Shown here piece by piece: positions 41,307-53,084 of a stretch of 64,000 nt of DNA (the first letter of the stretch is position 1; each line of letters begins with the position of its first letter). The notes beneath the pieces were generated by a model. It was not told the origin of the DNA. It searched no databases and worked only from the letters and a program-made list of their open reading frames with translations. Location: contig JAVRCV020000052.1 of assembly GCA_034530615.2 (NCBI GenBank), positions 1-64,000 on the forward strand. Direction: 5' to 3'. A program made the position numbers and the translations under genes. The stretch is from Aulosira sp. ZfuVER01 (GTDB lineage Bacteria > Cyanobacteriota > Cyanobacteriia > Cyanobacteriales > Nostocaceae).

Positions 41307-41870
41307 ATGCTATCACTTCTAGAACAAAAAGTAATAGCAGAAATGAACAAGGTGCGAATAAATCCAACTGCATATATCCAGGTTTTAGAGAATTGGAAAA
41401 AGCATTTTCAAGGTAGAAAAGTTAGAATTTCCGCTCTGGTTTATTTGCAAACTCAAGAAGGAGTACAAGCAGTTGATGAAGCAATATCATTTCTCTATTC
41501 CGTCCGTCCTGTAGCAGCTTTGAGTGTATCTTTGGGTATGTCTTTAGCTGCTAAAGATCATGTTAAAGACCAAGGGATTACAGGTGCAACGGGTCATTAT
41601 GGTAGCGATGGTAGCGATCCCTTTACTCGCATGAACCGCTATGGTGATTGGCAAATTACCGCAGCAGAAAATATTGCCTATGGGTTTCATTTAGCCCAAG
41701 ACATAATTATGCAATTAATTATTGATGATGGTGTAAGCGATCGCGGTCATCGAACAAATATCTTTAACTCTGCTTTTAAAGTTACGGGGGTTGCTTTCGG
41801 TATTCACCCTAACCTAAGACAGATGTGCGCGATTACCTACGCTGGAGGCTATCAAGAAAAATCGGTTTGA
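41307..41870 (+). CDS. CAP domain protein without signal peptide
   Basis: Tandem paralogue of 40535..41242. Confidence 0.85.
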   Translation: MLSLLEQKVIAEMNKVRINPTAYIQVLENWKKHFQGRKVRISALVYLQTQEGVQAVDEAISFLYSVRPVAALSVSLGMSLAAKDHVKDQGITGATGHYGSDGSDPFTRMNRYGDWQITAAENIAYGFHLAQDIIMQLIIDDGVSDRGHRTNIFNSAFKVTGVAFGIHPNLRQMCAITYAGGYQEKSV

Positions 41871-42018
41871 GGGATGGGATCGCAGAATACTGCTAAAATC
41901 CTTGCTCTTAGCAGTATGTCACAATGAGAAGCAAGATATAAAAAATTGCTATGGCAGACAGAATAGACCGGATTGAGGCAATTTTAGAACATTTTTTTGG
42001 TAGACAGGAGAACGGGGA

Positions 42019-42873
42019 GTGATGAGCGTGAGCCAGAGTTATCCTGCGGCTAGTGCTGCAAAGTTGAATGTCTATGTTCAAGGTCAAGGGTTGCCCATTT
42101 TAGCTTTACATGGCCATCCTGGTTCCGGTCGGAGTCTTTGTGTGTTTACAAATCACCTATCAAAGCGCTATCAAACTTTTGCTCCTGATTTGCGTGGATA
42201 TGGCAAAAGTCGCTTTCAGGGAAATTTTGCTATGCAAGACCATTTAAACGACCTAGAAGCCCTCATAGACCGCTTTAAAATTGAAAAATTTCTGGTGTTG
42301 GGGTGGTCGCTGGGTGGTATTCTGGCGATGGAACTGGCATTGCGACTGCCACAACGTGTTAAAGGAATGATTTTGGTGGCTACAGCAGCCAGACCGCGTG
42401 GCAACCATCCGCCAATTGCATGGCAGGATAATGTTTACACTGGTGTTGCGGGGATATTGAACTATATCAAACCGAGTTGGCAGTGGAATATTGAAACTTT
42501 TGGTAAGCGATCGCTATTTCGTCACCTAATCCAACAACATACACCAACAGCATACAGTTATATCGCTAAGGACGCTGTGCCAGCTTATTTACAAACTTCC
42601 CCAGCGGCGACTCGTGCCCTTTACACTGCCATACAAGCAGGCTACAACAGACTTACAGATTTGTGGCAAATTGAATGCCCGAGTCTGGTACTTGCTGGTG
42701 CCCAAGACCGCCACATCACAGTTGATGCTAGTTTAGAAACGGCTCGTCACCTCAAGAATTGTCAGTGGCAATCTTACCCCAATACTGCCCACCTTTTCCC
42801 GTGGGAAATTCCAGAGCAAGTATTGAGAGATATTGATTGCTGGCTAGAAGAGCATTCTCAAGAAATTTGGTAA
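42019..42873 (+). CDS. Alpha/beta hydrolase
   Basis: LHGHPG, DLRGYG, GWSLGG, H near C-terminus. Confidence 0.9.
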   Translation: MMSVSQSYPAASAAKLNVYVQGQGLPILALHGHPGSGRSLCVFTNHLSKRYQTFAPDLRGYGKSRFQGNFAMQDHLNDLEALIDRFKIEKFLVLGWSLGGILAMELALRLPQRVKGMILVATAARPRGNHPPIAWQDNVYTGVAGILNYIKPSWQWNIETFGKRSLFRHLIQQHTPTAYSYIAKDAVPAYLQTSPAATRALYTAIQAGYNRLTDLWQIECPSLVLAGAQDRHITVDASLETARHLKNCQWQSYPNTAHLFPWEIPEQVLRDIDCWLEEHSQEIW

Positions 42874-43173
42874 TTTTTATACCAAATTGCGATAATTAGT
42901 ATTTTTTGGGATATATGGAACTTTCCTTTGGTAAAAATTTTTAATCCAAAATCCAAAATTGCTATTTATTCATTAATTCTAGGTCGATTACTAAGCTAGT
43001 AGGTTAGAACCAGTGCATTCAGCAGCCAGATCTAAATCATCTGGCGTAGCTGAGAATGACGATTTTTGCCTCTAAAGAATTCAAGCAAATTGAAACACAA
43101 GAGAAAAAGAAATTTTTTCCTGGTTTGTTCGGTTCTACTCAGGACTCACACTTGGTACTGACTGTTGCCTAAC

Positions 43174-43488
43174 TTACATTTGACCGCTAAAGGCAGGCTT
43201 TACTTTGCGGTCAATCCTTTCCCCCAAGTCTTCAGCAATTGTTAAAGAATCTGGTTTGCAACGCTTCACATTGACAATAATTCCCTGTGCGCCTTCTGCT
43301 TCCAAATCTTCTATGTAACCTTTAATTGCCAGATTGGCATCCACAGAGTTTAGAAATGGGCCAAAGTAGTATGTGCAACGGGGATTCTGTGTCACAATCT
43401 CTACCCACCAAGCCAAGCCTAGATTGTTGACTGTGCTAATCAACGTTTCCTTGAGATCATCCCAAATGGTTTTCATGGTAATTACCAA
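43174..43488 (-). CDS. DUF1816 family protein
   Basis: AWWVEI.T..P.CTYYFGPF...GYIEDL. Confidence 0.85.
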   Translation of the reverse strand: MVITMKTIWDDLKETLISTVNNLGLAWWVEIVTQNPRCTYYFGPFLNSVDANLAIKGYIEDLEAEGAQGIIVNVKRCKPDSLTIAEDLGERIDRKVKPAFSGQM

Positions 43489-43573
43489 TTTATGAATGAG
43501 GTACTGGATATTAAACGGTATTTTGCTGTGTTTTTTTGCTTTACATTTCTTTATACTCTTTTACTCTCATTTT

Positions 43574-44608
43574 TCAAAGAGGTTTTTGTAATTTATCCAG
43601 ATAATGTGTGTTTAGCAAGCGTTGGCGATAAATTTCATAAAGTGCCATACCTGCTGCGACTGAGGCGTTGAGGCTAGGAGTCTTGCCTTGGAGGGGAATG
43701 GACACTAAGACATCGCAAGAGCGTTGTGTTAGCATACTCAGTCCTTCGCCTTCTGAACCAATTACTAAAACAATCGGGCCGCTAAAACTTACTGTATGCA
43801 GGGGTTCACTACCTGTTGCTGCTGTACCATAAATCCAAAAGCCAGCTTCTTTAAGTTCTTCTAAAGAACGGCTGAGATTGACAACACGGGCAACGGGGAA
43901 GTTTTCTAAAGCGCCTGCTGCCACTTTTACCACAGTGGAAGTGATCCCCGAAGCTCTTCTTTGGGGAATAACTAATCCTTGTGCGCCTATAGCTTCTGCG
44001 GTGCGAATAATTGCACCTAAGTTATGCGGGTCAGTGATCCCATCAGCTACTATAATTACTGGATCGCTAACAGATTTTGCCTGTGCAATTAAATCTGGCA
44101 ATTCAATATAGGAGTAGGGAGCGATTTGCGCCGCTATACCTTGATGATTGGCCCCGTTTGTGATTTGGTCTAAACGCTTGGGTTCTACTTCATCAATAAC
44201 TGCACCATGATCCTTAGCTTGGAGGATCAAATGATGAAAGCGGGGATCGTAACGTAAACGAGTAGTAATCCAAATACGGTTGAGACCACGCTGATTTTCT
44301 AAAGCACTTAATACTGGATGACGACCATAGATAATGTCACTCTCTTCTGGTGCTTGTTTGGTCTCTGTGGAAGGATGGGGTAAATGACGCTGTTGGTGTG
44401 AACCGCCAGAGATGGATTTACTATCGACAGGTCTGGGATTGCGAACAGGCTTAGCATCGACTGCTCTGGGATTGCGAACGGGTTTACCATCGACGGGTCT
44501 GGGATTGCGAATAGGATTAGCAAGAACACGCTTACCTTTCACTTTCACAGGTAGCCCGCGATTGGGTTCGCCAGCAGTTTTGATTTTTCTGGGTTTATCC
44601 GATGACAT
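43574..44608 (-). CDS. rlmB: 23S rRNA (G2251-2'-O) methyltransferase
   Basis: [32 protein letters not shown]. Confidence 0.93.
   Translation of the reverse strand: MSSDKPRKIKTAGEPNRGLPVKVKGKRVLANPIRNPRPVDGKPVRNPRAVDAKPVRNPRPVDSKSISGGSHQQRHLPHPSTETKQAPEESDIIYGRHPVLSALENQRGLNRIWITTRLRYDPRFHHLILQAKDHGAVIDEVEPKRLDQITNGANHQGIAAQIAPYSYIELPDLIAQAKSVSDPVIIVADGITDPHNLGAIIRTAEAIGAQGLVIPQRRASGITSTVVKVAAGALENFPVARVVNLSRSLEELKEAGFWIYGTAATGSEPLHTVSFSGPIVLVIGSEGEGLSMLTQRSCDVLVSIPLQGKTPSLNASVAAGMALYEIYRQRLLNTHYLDKLQKPL
44423..44515. repeat. 33-bp coding tandem repeat (about 3 copies) in rlmB
   Basis: ATCGAC..TCTGGGATTGCGAA at 44423, 44456 and 44489. Confidence 0.85.
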
Positions 44609-44704
44609 AGGAGTATTTGGTAAAACTTATGGGTGGGCATACTAATTCCCAAACTTACCGAAGCTCACTCTACTGGATTTTGCTTTCGTGAGATTTATCG
44701 CCCA

Positions 44705-45184
44705 CTATTTTTCTAGATGGAGTTTTTGTAACAGTTCGGTTAAGCGAGGGAAGTCTGTGAGATAAAGGTAGCCAATTAAGGTTTCTAGACTAGTTGCTTG
44801 TTGGTAAATTTCTGGATCGACCCGCTTCGAGCGTCCTGTGGCAGCATTACGACCCCGTCGGACAATATCTAATTCACTATCCCTCAGATGAGGTACTAGC
44901 GATCGCAAATGTAGCGCTTGTTGTTCTGCTCTAACCTGTGCCACTACCAGACGATGGTAAGTATCTGGTCGCTGCAATGGCATTAGATAAAACATTCTAA
45001 CATATAGCTCGTAAATTGCATCCCCCACATATGCTAATGCAGCAGGAGAAATTTGTTGCACTTGTGAAACAGAGATTTGTTCGGGTAATTGAAATGTGCT
45101 TGCCAAGAGTGACTGAGTCCAAAATGAATTCTGTTTAGCAACTTCATCTTGTCCCTCTAATAGCTCTTCCTCCTTAGGCTTCAC
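44705..45184 (-). CDS. mrnC: Mini-ribonuclease III
   Basis: LAYVGDAIYEL, RRGRN, YQQATSLETLIGYLYL. Confidence 0.9.
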   Translation of the reverse strand: MKPKEEELLEGQDEVAKQNSFWTQSLLASTFQLPEQISVSQVQQISPAALAYVGDAIYELYVRMFYLMPLQRPDTYHRLVVAQVRAEQQALHLRSLVPHLRDSELDIVRRGRNAATGRSKRVDPEIYQQATSLETLIGYLYLTDFPRLTELLQKLHLEK

Positions 45185-45432
45185 AAGTTAATTATTCCTT
45201 AGTGTGCTACATTTGGCAGGCATCATTGATTTTGGGTTGAGATACTTAGCATAATCTACACTAGCAAAAATCACTGACTAAATTTTATCTTTTTGTTTAA
45301 AAGTTGAGATTTTAAAATCAGCTGGCTTGACACCTCTGCCATAAATAGAGAGGCTTACTGGCCAGCTTGGCTAAAAATTAAGCTATCCAGATAAAGCATC
45401 GGATAGCTAAATTAATTTTTTCGGTCAAGCAA

Positions 45433-45801
45433 TCAAGACGACTTGATGTTTTCTAGAGCCGCTTCAACAGTTGGTTGCAGGGAGAGAAACTTCTCTAAGC
45501 GAACAAGCTTGACCGTTTGAGTCACGCGGGCATTTGTGACAATTTGCAAGGTACCGCTGGCGTTTTGAGCTTGTTTGGCTAGTTGCACTAAAGCACCTAA
45601 GCCAGAACTATCAACAAAGTCAATTTGTGAGAGGTCCAAAATAATGTGCTTTGGGCCCTCATCAATCTTGCTACCCAGTACCTTGCGAAATGTCGGCTCA
45701 GAAAAAGCGTCTAACAAACCTGTGAGGCGGAATAGCTGACAGTTATCCCGGGCTTCACGAGTACCCCTCAGGCTCACAGTTAGATTCAGTGGCTCAGCAA
45801 T
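45433..45801 (-). CDS. STAS domain anti-sigma-factor antagonist
   Basis: LDLSQIDFVDSSGLGALV; start uncertain (ATT at 45801 proposed). Confidence 0.88.
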   Translation of the reverse strand: MAEPLNLTVSLRGTREARDNCQLFRLTGLLDAFSEPTFRKVLGSKIDEGPKHIILDLSQIDFVDSSGLGALVQLAKQAQNASGTLQIVTNARVTQTVKLVRLEKFLSLQPTVEAALENIKSS

Positions 45802-45878
45802 AACTCCCTCCTCATGGTGAAAGTGAACGCTCCAGTATAGATGGTTTTGGTACAAGTTGTCTACAACCTGCGGGGTTA

Positions 45879-45922
45879 GGGCATGGGGCATTGGGTATTG
45901 GGCATTGGGCATGGGGCATTGG
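45879..45922. repeat. STRR heptamer array (GGGCATT/GGGCATG); related arrays near 21735, 32570, 33835 and 59110
   Basis: Tandem heptamers typical of Nostocales. Confidence 0.85.
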
Positions 45923-45966
45923 TTATTGCCTTTATCCTCCCTATCCTCCTTATCCCTGTACCCATT

Positions 45967-47133
45967 TTATTTAATCCCAGTTGTGGCTAATTGACGTGCT
46001 GCTCGCATTGCTTGAACAAATTCCTCAAACAAGTAATCAGCATCGTGGGGACCAGGGCTAGCCTCTGGGTGATATTGTACTGAAAACACAGGCAGAGACT
46101 TGTGACGTACTCCAGCAACCGTGCGATCGTTCAAGTTTAGGTGGCTAATTTCCACAACTGCCTCAGGTAAAGAATCGGGGTCAATAGCAAAACTGTGGTT
46201 TTGGCTGGTAATTTCTACCCGTTGTTGTAAACCCGCAGGCTGATTCAATCCCCGATGACCAAACTTGAGTTTAAAGGTTTCTGCTCCCAAGGCATGACCC
46301 AAAATTTGATGCCCCATACAAATGCCAAAGATGGGTTTTTCCGCGCCTAGCAGTGCCTTGGCAGTTTCAATCCCTTCCGTAACCGCAGCTGGGTCGCCAG
46401 GTCCGTTGGAAAGAAAAATACCATCTGGATTATATTTGAGAATTTCCCCTGGTGGTGTATGCGCAGGCACAACAATTACCTGACAACCGTAACTTGCTAG
46501 GCGACGCAAGATATTTCGTTTCACCCCAAAATCTAGCGCCACAACGGTAAAGGATTCTGCCGTATTGTTCGCTGCATTAGGGTTGAATTCCCAAGCGGGG
46601 ATTGTGGGATCGGACCATTCATAAACCTTTGGGGTAGTCACCTCACGCACCAGATTCAATCCCTGCATACTAGGCGCTGCCTGTACTTGCTCTAGTAACT
46701 CAGCCTCATCCAGAATAGATGTGGAGATACCACCATTCATAGCTCCAAACATCCGAATTTTACGGGTGAGAGCGCGAGTATCAATACCATAAATACCTGG
46801 TACTTGGTGCTGTTTCAGGTAGTCAGGCAAGGATTGTGTTGAGCGCCAGTTACTTGGTCGCTGACAAATATTGCGAGCGATCGCACCTCGCACTTGTGGT
46901 CTAGCTGATTCTTCGTCTTCTGGATTAACGCCAGTGTTACCCAATTCTGGATAGGTAAAAACGACAATTTGACCGCAGTAACTGGGATCGGTCAGAACCT
47001 CTTGATATCCAGTCATGCCAGTATTAAAGACCACTTCTCCAATTGTGGTTCCTGTGGCACCAAAAGACCAACCGCGATAAGCAGTTCCATCCGCCAGGAC
47101 AAGTAGAGCAGGTATTGTGTCAGACAGGGACAT
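45967..47133 (-). CDS. carA: Carbamoyl-phosphate synthase small subunit
   Basis: [40 protein letters not shown]. Confidence 0.97.
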   Translation of the reverse strand: MSLSDTIPALLVLADGTAYRGWSFGATGTTIGEVVFNTGMTGYQEVLTDPSYCGQIVVFTYPELGNTGVNPEDEESARPQVRGAIARNICQRPSNWRSTQSLPDYLKQHQVPGIYGIDTRALTRKIRMFGAMNGGISTSILDEAELLEQVQAAPSMQGLNLVREVTTPKVYEWSDPTIPAWEFNPNAANNTAESFTVVALDFGVKRNILRRLASYGCQVIVVPAHTPPGEILKYNPDGIFLSNGPGDPAAVTEGIETAKALLGAEKPIFGICMGHQILGHALGAETFKLKFGHRGLNQPAGLQQRVEITSQNHSFAIDPDSLPEAVVEISHLNLNDRTVAGVRHKSLPVFSVQYHPEASPGPHDADYLFEEFVQAMRAARQLATTGIK

Positions 47134-47448
47134 AGGCGATGAAGGCAATCATGATTAGGATCTGGGCATAAGAGCTAGTAGTTAAGAAGGTTTTTTCTTT
47201 TTTCTAGCCTTTAGTCCCTAGTTTCGTATTAAGCTGCGATTGTCAATTATCCCATGAGTTTAGAAAGTTAGCGTTCTGAAGCTAATTAATTAAAAATTAA
47301 AAATTTTACATAGTAGTCATTGGTCAAGAGTCAAAGGTCAAGCATTTCATCTCTCCCTGCTCTCTTGCTTCCTCATCTTCCTTCACTAAACTTTGCAGCC
47401 AAAGAGGTAGATTTGCAGCCCTCTGGGCAGGTAGAATCGAAGTTAATT

Positions 47449-48498
47449 ATGCTCCAGTCTTTTTTATCCCGTGCAGTCCTGATTTTTCTATCGAGTGCGT
47501 TAGCGGTTTTGGGTGTTGCCTGTAGTGAAGACAAACAGAATACTGCGACTCGCGCCCATGAGCAGTCTACGCCTGTGGGCAATGAAGCAGCATCGCCTCT
47601 TGTCGAAGCTTCCCCATTATCTAGCCCAGAACCACAGCCACAATCTCCGTCGACAATTGAACTAAATTCTTTTGAATTGGCGTTGGATAAAGCCGCAGGT
47701 GCGATGACCATTAGCCAATCGGCTCAATCAGCTGATGATTGGAAGTTAGTGGCGACTCAGTTCCAGGATGCGATCGCGCTGATGAAAAACGTGCAGCAAG
47801 AAAGCCCGAATTTCGCTGTCGCCCAAACCAAAATCTCAGAGTACCAGCGCCAAATTCAGTATGCCTTGGATAAAGCTACCCCAAAACCTTTACCGCCAAT
47901 AGCGGCAAAGCCCCAAAGGGTAGTTGTTGTCGTTCCTTCTAAAAAAACCACACCCAGTCCTAGCCAAGCTCTAGCGCCACTTTTACCAAAGCGACAGCCA
48001 TTACCACAGTCAGTCTTGCTCCCAGCAGAACAAATCGCCCAAGAGCAAGATGTATTTGTCGCGCCAATCAAACGTCGCATTGGGGGAACACCAATTATTG
48101 AAGTTACCTTCAATGGAGAACGGAGATTTGAGATGATTGTGGATACAGGGGCTAGTGGCACGGTGATTACCCAAAACATGGCCAATGCTTTGGGTATTGT
48201 ACCCGTGGGCAAAACCAAAGCTAACACAGCCAGTTCTAAGCAAGTGGAATTTACGATTGGCTATGTTAATTCAATGGCTGCTGCTGGTGTAATGGTGAAT
48301 AAAGTACCAGTAGCGATCGCAGGCTCAGACTTAGAAACTGGACTGCTTGGTCACGACTTTTTCGGCAATTATGATGTCACTATCAAACGCCATGTCGTGG
48401 AATTTCGCCCGCAATCGCGATCAGAAATTAATTCCGCAGGAAATGAACTAACTGTTCCAATTTTACCCAGGGAGCGCCACTATCTAGGATCTCCTTAG
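47449..48498 (+). CDS. Lipoprotein with retropepsin-like aspartic protease domain
   Basis: GVAC lipobox, IVDTGAS, LLGHDF; probable ATG at 47449. Confidence 0.85.
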   Translation: MLQSFLSRAVLIFLSSALAVLGVACSEDKQNTATRAHEQSTPVGNEAASPLVEASPLSSPEPQPQSPSTIELNSFELALDKAAGAMTISQSAQSADDWKLVATQFQDAIALMKNVQQESPNFAVAQTKISEYQRQIQYALDKATPKPLPPIAAKPQRVVVVVPSKKTTPSPSQALAPLLPKRQPLPQSVLLPAEQIAQEQDVFVAPIKRRIGGTPIIEVTFNGERRFEMIVDTGASGTVITQNMANALGIVPVGKTKANTASSKQVEFTIGYVNSMAAAGVMVNKVPVAIAGSDLETGLLGHDFFGNYDVTIKRHVVEFRPQSRSEINSAGNELTVPILPRERHYLGSP

Positions 48499-49495
48499 CC
48501 ACTTGAATACCTTGGGCATGGTCTAATAGGGGGATTGCACCTGCCACTTGCAGCGCGAGTGATGTATTCAACGCTACAGCATCCTGTTGCGCCTGCGTTC
48601 CCTTGCCTTGCAGTACAGCTTTGAGAATTTCTGCATTTTCTTGAACATCGCCACCCCTAAGGGAACCTATAGTCGCAGGAGTTACACCTACAGCTTCGGG
48701 ATTTACAGTAGTTAACTGCACTTCACCATCCGATAATACTGCCAAGTCGGTTACATCCCCTAACCCCGCTTCATCTAATTTTTCTCGCCCATGTAGGACA
48801 ATTGCCTTTTGCTTACCCAAATTGTTTAACGCTTGGGCAACAGTTGCCAAAAGTTTAGGAGTAAATAACCCTACCACTTGCCCAGTAGGATTTAAAGGAT
48901 TTACCAAAGGCCCGAGTAAGTTGAACACAGTCCGTACCTTGAGAGTCCGCCGCAATGTCGCAACCGCCTTGAGTGCTGGATGCCAACCAGGAGCAAATAA
49001 AAAAGTGATCCCCACTTCTTTAACTGCTGCTTGTACTTTTTCGCTAGGGGCGTTGAGATTTACACCCAAAGCTTCCAAGACATCGGCGCTTCCTGTCAGA
49101 CTCGACGCCGAACGATTTCCGTGTTTGGCAACAGGTACACCATAGGCAGCAGTCACAAAAGCAACGGCGGTAGAAATATTAAAAGTTGATGAACCATCTC
49201 CACCAGTACCACAGGTATCGATGAGAGTGGTGAGTTCTGGGTTCTGAGTTTTGAGAAAAGAAGATTGAGATTGCAGCACTTCCGCCATTCCAGTCAATTC
49301 ATCAGCAGAAACGCCTTTAAAGTTCAGCGCTGTTAAAATTGCTCCCGATAATTCTGGGGGAACAGATTCACTTAGCCATCCTTGCATCAATTCAGCAGAT
49401 TGAGTACGGGACAAAGATTCACCATCGATTAATTGTTGCAGCAGGAGATACCAGCTAGGTGAAGTTTCTGGCGTGGAGATGGGGGAAGTTGTCAT
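48428..49495 (-). CDS. trpD: Anthranilate phosphoribosyltransferase
   Basis: [19 protein letters not shown]. Confidence 0.96.
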   Translation of the reverse strand: MTTSPISTPETSPSWYLLLQQLIDGESLSRTQSAELMQGWLSESVPPELSGAILTALNFKGVSADELTGMAEVLQSQSSFLKTQNPELTTLIDTCGTGGDGSSTFNISTAVAFVTAAYGVPVAKHGNRSASSLTGSADVLEALGVNLNAPSEKVQAAVKEVGITFLFAPGWHPALKAVATLRRTLKVRTVFNLLGPLVNPLNPTGQVVGLFTPKLLATVAQALNNLGKQKAIVLHGREKLDEAGLGDVTDLAVLSDGEVQLTTVNPEAVGVTPATIGSLRGGDVQENAEILKAVLQGKGTQAQQDAVALNTSLALQVAGAIPLLDHAQGIQVAKEILDSGAPWVKLEQLVHFLRN

Positions 49496-49938
49496 AGAAC
49501 AGGTTTGTTGCGTGTGGTAGGGTTGAGCTTTTGTTGATGAGTCTGGGAGTTATCCTACCGGAAAATGGGAAACAGTTTGTAGTAAGCACTTGAGTGCTTG
49601 ATATTTAGAAAACTGAAGTCCTGACTACGAAAAAATTTTATTTTTTGCTTTAATTTTTCAATACTGGCTGTTTCATCAGGCTTTATAAGTAAATCTAACA
49701 AAGCTCAAGATATTAACCCAAAAATTAGATGGGCAAAACCACTAATATGCGATCGCTATACTCATCTGCGGTTTTTAACTATTGCTGCTTGATTACTTCA
49801 CCATAAATTTACAAACAAACCGTATTTCCCCTGAATACACAAAGTTTTTATCAATATTTCTCAGAGGATATCCGAAATAGTACGAGTTTGGTTTAGTAGT
49901 TGGATATATAACTCTAAATTTTAGACATATCCAACTCC

Positions 49939-50517
49939 ATGAAGCGATCGCATCTCGTTAAAATCGCCATGATAGTGTTATTTTCCCTGGGCAGTCTTGG
50001 TATTGTCGGGGGGAGTTTTTTTCTAAGAAAAGCTTTTAGCAGTTCAACTGAACCTGAAATAGTTACTGATACATCACTTTATACGGAAATACGTAATAAG
50101 TTAATATCTAATGACTACCAAGTAAAACATTTTCCTAATACAATTCCTGCGGATGCCAAGGGTATAAGGATTGCTTACTCACCAGGCTTTTCTCAAGGCA
50201 GTAGTTTTTTTCAAGTAAGGTTAAAACAATCACCAGAAAAGATCAAAAAATTACTTGCGCAATATAAAAGTGTTGCCAAACACGAGTATAGAGGTGGTAA
50301 TACAAACGACCACGCTAACTTACCTAACGGAGTTCCAACAACATTTTTTTACACTAGTGACGCATCTGAAGAATCCTTTCCGCCTAGCTACGAAATATTA
50401 GTCTTGGATGCACAAGATAAAGGTACCTCTGGTTTTAAATGGAATCATGGTAATAGCTATGGGGTAGCAATTGATAGTTCAGCCTCAGAAATTGTTTATT
50501 GGAATGAACAATGGTAG
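49939..50517 (+). CDS. Hypothetical membrane-anchored or exported protein
   Basis: N-terminal hydrophobic helix; clean 192-aa ORF. Confidence 0.7.
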   Translation: MKRSHLVKIAMIVLFSLGSLGIVGGSFFLRKAFSSSTEPEIVTDTSLYTEIRNKLISNDYQVKHFPNTIPADAKGIRIAYSPGFSQGSSFFQVRLKQSPEKIKKLLAQYKSVAKHEYRGGNTNDHANLPNGVPTTFFYTSDASEESFPPSYEILVLDAQDKGTSGFKWNHGNSYGVAIDSSASEIVYWNEQW

Positions 50518-50605
50518 TTGAGGTAAGCCAGAGGAAGTAGAAGGGGATGAGGGGGAAATAACTATTGACAAATGACTCTTGACCAAGCAAGGAATTTACA
50601 TCAGC

Positions 50606-51112
50606 ATGAGAAAAATTATTGTTGGAGTGATGGGGCCGGGAGAAAAGGCGACAGCAAATGATTTGCAAAACGCCTATGAATTAGGTTGTCTCATTGCCCA
50701 ACAAGGATGGATTTTACTCACTGGCGGTAGAAATGCAGGAGTGATGGATGCCGCAAATAAAGGTGCTAAATCTGCCAATGGTTTAACACTTGGTATTCTC
50801 CCTAGACATCAGCAAGATAGCATTTCTAATGATGTGGATATCGCTATTTTCACAGATATGGGAAACGCTCGAAATAATATTAATGTTCTCTCTAGTGATG
50901 TAGTAATTGCTTGTGGGATGGGTACGGGAACTGCTTCTGAAATCGCTTTGGCTTTGAAAGGAAATAAGGCAGTAATTTTACTGAACAACGATGCAGAAAG
51001 CAAAGTGTTCTTCAAAAAGCTGTCGCCAGAGAATGTTTATATTGTTGAGAGTGTAGTAGATGCGATCGCCTCTGCCAAGGTAATCTTAAACAAGAATGCC
51101 GATGAAGAGTAG
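50606..51112 (+). CDS. TIGR00725/LOG-like Rossmann-fold protein
   Basis: TGG..GVMDAA, ARNNIN, GTASE; probable ATG at 50606. Confidence 0.82.
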   Translation: MRKIIVGVMGPGEKATANDLQNAYELGCLIAQQGWILLTGGRNAGVMDAANKGAKSANGLTLGILPRHQQDSISNDVDIAIFTDMGNARNNINVLSSDVVIACGMGTGTASEIALALKGNKAVILLNNDAESKVFFKKLSPENVYIVESVVDAIASAKVILNKNADEE

Positions 51113-51143
51113 GTTTGTGCCTTCAATGCGTCTTTTAATTCTG

Positions 51144-52193
51144 CTAATTTGTCTTTAGTGGCGGTTGCAGCGGAATGTTAGCCAGTTCTGAACAGTAGTA
51201 TCCCGCAATTTCTTTAGCGATCGCATCTGGTCGCGAAATTTGCTCTAAATTACACAATACAATTACGGTAATCTTGTCATCAATAAAGCGAGTAATGTTA
51301 CTTGCGAATCCTAAAATCGCGCCATTGTGACCAACTACTCTGCGATCGCTATAATTTAATATCCACCAACCTAAACCCGCTACATATCTCAGCTTCTCCC
51401 AATCATCGCCTTGATTTGCCGGATGGGGAGTCCACATCAAATCAAGAGTTGATTGCTTGAGTAAATTTTTACCATAAAGTGCTTGTTCCCACCTAACCAT
51501 ATCTTCCACACTGGAGAGTTGACCGCCTGCTGAATATGTAACTGAAGGACTGTAGTATGGTTTATTAACGAGCTTTCCTTCTAAAAATCGATAGCCAGCA
51601 GCCCGATGCAACACAATATCTCTCGGATGATTCATTATGGTTGCATTCATTCCCAAAGGCTCAAAAATACGCTCTCGCAATAAATTTCCATAGGATTTTT
51701 GGGTGACTTTTTCCAGCATCAACCCCAGCAGATAGTAGCCTGTATTGTCGTAGGCGCTAAACTCTCCTGGTGGAAACTTCAGGGGTAAATCAGTAACTAA
51801 AGCTAAAATTTCTGATTTGGATAAATCAAGACGGGTAATTTCCCAGTAATTGGGTGCATGGGTATAGTTGGGAATTCCCGACTGGTGAGACAAAATCTGC
51901 TTAATTGTTACACTCTGCCAAGCTATAGGTAAATTATCTAGGTAGACTGCGATCGCTTCATCTAGGGAAATTACCCCTTCCTCCACTAACATCATGGTGA
52001 CTGTAGCAGTGAACGTTTTCCCAACAGAAGCAATTTCATAAACTGTCTTTTCACTCGCTGGAACGGAGTGTTCTACATTCGCCAACCCGTAACCTTTAAC
52101 TAAAATCGGTTTGCCCTCCCGCAGCACTGCAACAGAGAGTCCTGGGATCTGGTTTTTAGTGATTATGGCTTGGATGTAATTGTCAATGACCAT
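51144..52193 (-). CDS. Serine hydrolase (beta-lactamase/class C-like family)
   Basis: SVGK, YDNTGY, GHNG. Confidence 0.9.
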   Translation of the reverse strand: MVIDNYIQAIITKNQIPGLSVAVLREGKPILVKGYGLANVEHSVPASEKTVYEIASVGKTFTATVTMMLVEEGVISLDEAIAVYLDNLPIAWQSVTIKQILSHQSGIPNYTHAPNYWEITRLDLSKSEILALVTDLPLKFPPGEFSAYDNTGYYLLGLMLEKVTQKSYGNLLRERIFEPLGMNATIMNHPRDIVLHRAAGYRFLEGKLVNKPYYSPSVTYSAGGQLSSVEDMVRWEQALYGKNLLKQSTLDLMWTPHPANQGDDWEKLRYVAGLGWWILNYSDRRVVGHNGAILGFASNITRFIDDKITVIVLCNLEQISRPDAIAKEIAGYYCSELANIPLQPPLKTN

Positions 52194-52425
52194 TTGTTAA
52201 GAAGCAAATAGTTATTTCTTCCTCTCCGTGTACCCGCGTCTCCCTCATCCACCTTGTCCTCGATCGCTATGAAGGTTTATTACGAGAATTCACACTTCTT
52301 AATTCATCTGCTGACTAGCGATCGGTTGTCGCATAAGGTTTTACCGTAACCTGATAAAGAGGGTATTAGCAGCCATTGAGGCAATAGCTACTCTACAACA
52401 AGTTGAGAAAGGCAGGTTACGATTC

Positions 52426-53010
52426 ATGGCTTATTCCTGGTTTAAAGCGTTTCACATTATTGGCTTCGTAGTCTGGTTTGCTGGTTTGTTCTATCTAGTA
52501 CGTCTTTTTATCTATCACGTTGAAGCTAACCAAGAACCAGAACCAGCACGCACGATACTGAAAAATCAGTATCAAATTATGGAAAAACGCCTCTACAGTA
52601 TCATTACAACTCCAGGAATGTTAGTGACTGTAGCAATGGCAATCGGTTTACTAAGTACTGAACCGGATGTTTTGAAAGAGGGTTGGCTACATATCAAACT
52701 GGTGTTTGTTGCCTTATTAATTGGTTATCATCATTACTGCTCCCGACTGATGAAGAAACTAGCAGTAGATGAATGCCGTTGGAATAGTCAGCAGTTACGG
52801 GCTTTAAATGAAGCACCTACAGTTATGCTGATGGTAATTGTACTGCTAGCTGTGTTCAAGAACAATCTACCTACAGATATCACGGTCTGGGTCGTTTTTG
52901 CGTCAATCATCTTAATGGCAGTAACAATTCAGCTTTACGCTAAAAAACGCAAGCGTGATAAAGAAAAGCTGACGGCACAATTAGGACAGGTTGCACAAGA
53001 ACAAGGTTAA
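52426..53010 (+). CDS. hemJ: Protoporphyrinogen oxidase HemJ
   Basis: KAFHII...WFAGLFYL.RLFIYH, NEAPT. Confidence 0.93.
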   Translation: MAYSWFKAFHIIGFVVWFAGLFYLVRLFIYHVEANQEPEPARTILKNQYQIMEKRLYSIITTPGMLVTVAMAIGLLSTEPDVLKEGWLHIKLVFVALLIGYHHYCSRLMKKLAVDECRWNSQQLRALNEAPTVMLMVIVLLAVFKNNLPTDITVWVVFASIILMAVTIQLYAKKRKRDKEKLTAQLGQVAQEQG

Positions 53011-53032
53011 TCTTGAGATTTCTCATAAAAAA

Positions 53033-53056
53033 CTCCCTCAGAATTTCTGAGGGAGG
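53033..53056. terminator. Bidirectional terminator between hemJ and the S2P gene
   Basis: CTCCCTCAGA-N4-TCTGAGGGAG. Confidence 0.75.
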
Positions 53057-53084
53057 TTTGAGAAGGAGTATTCAAAATTTGAAA

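Noticed and set aside
45802..45912. N-terminal extension of the STAS ORF
   Set aside because: It begins within STRR heptamer repeats and probably is not translated.
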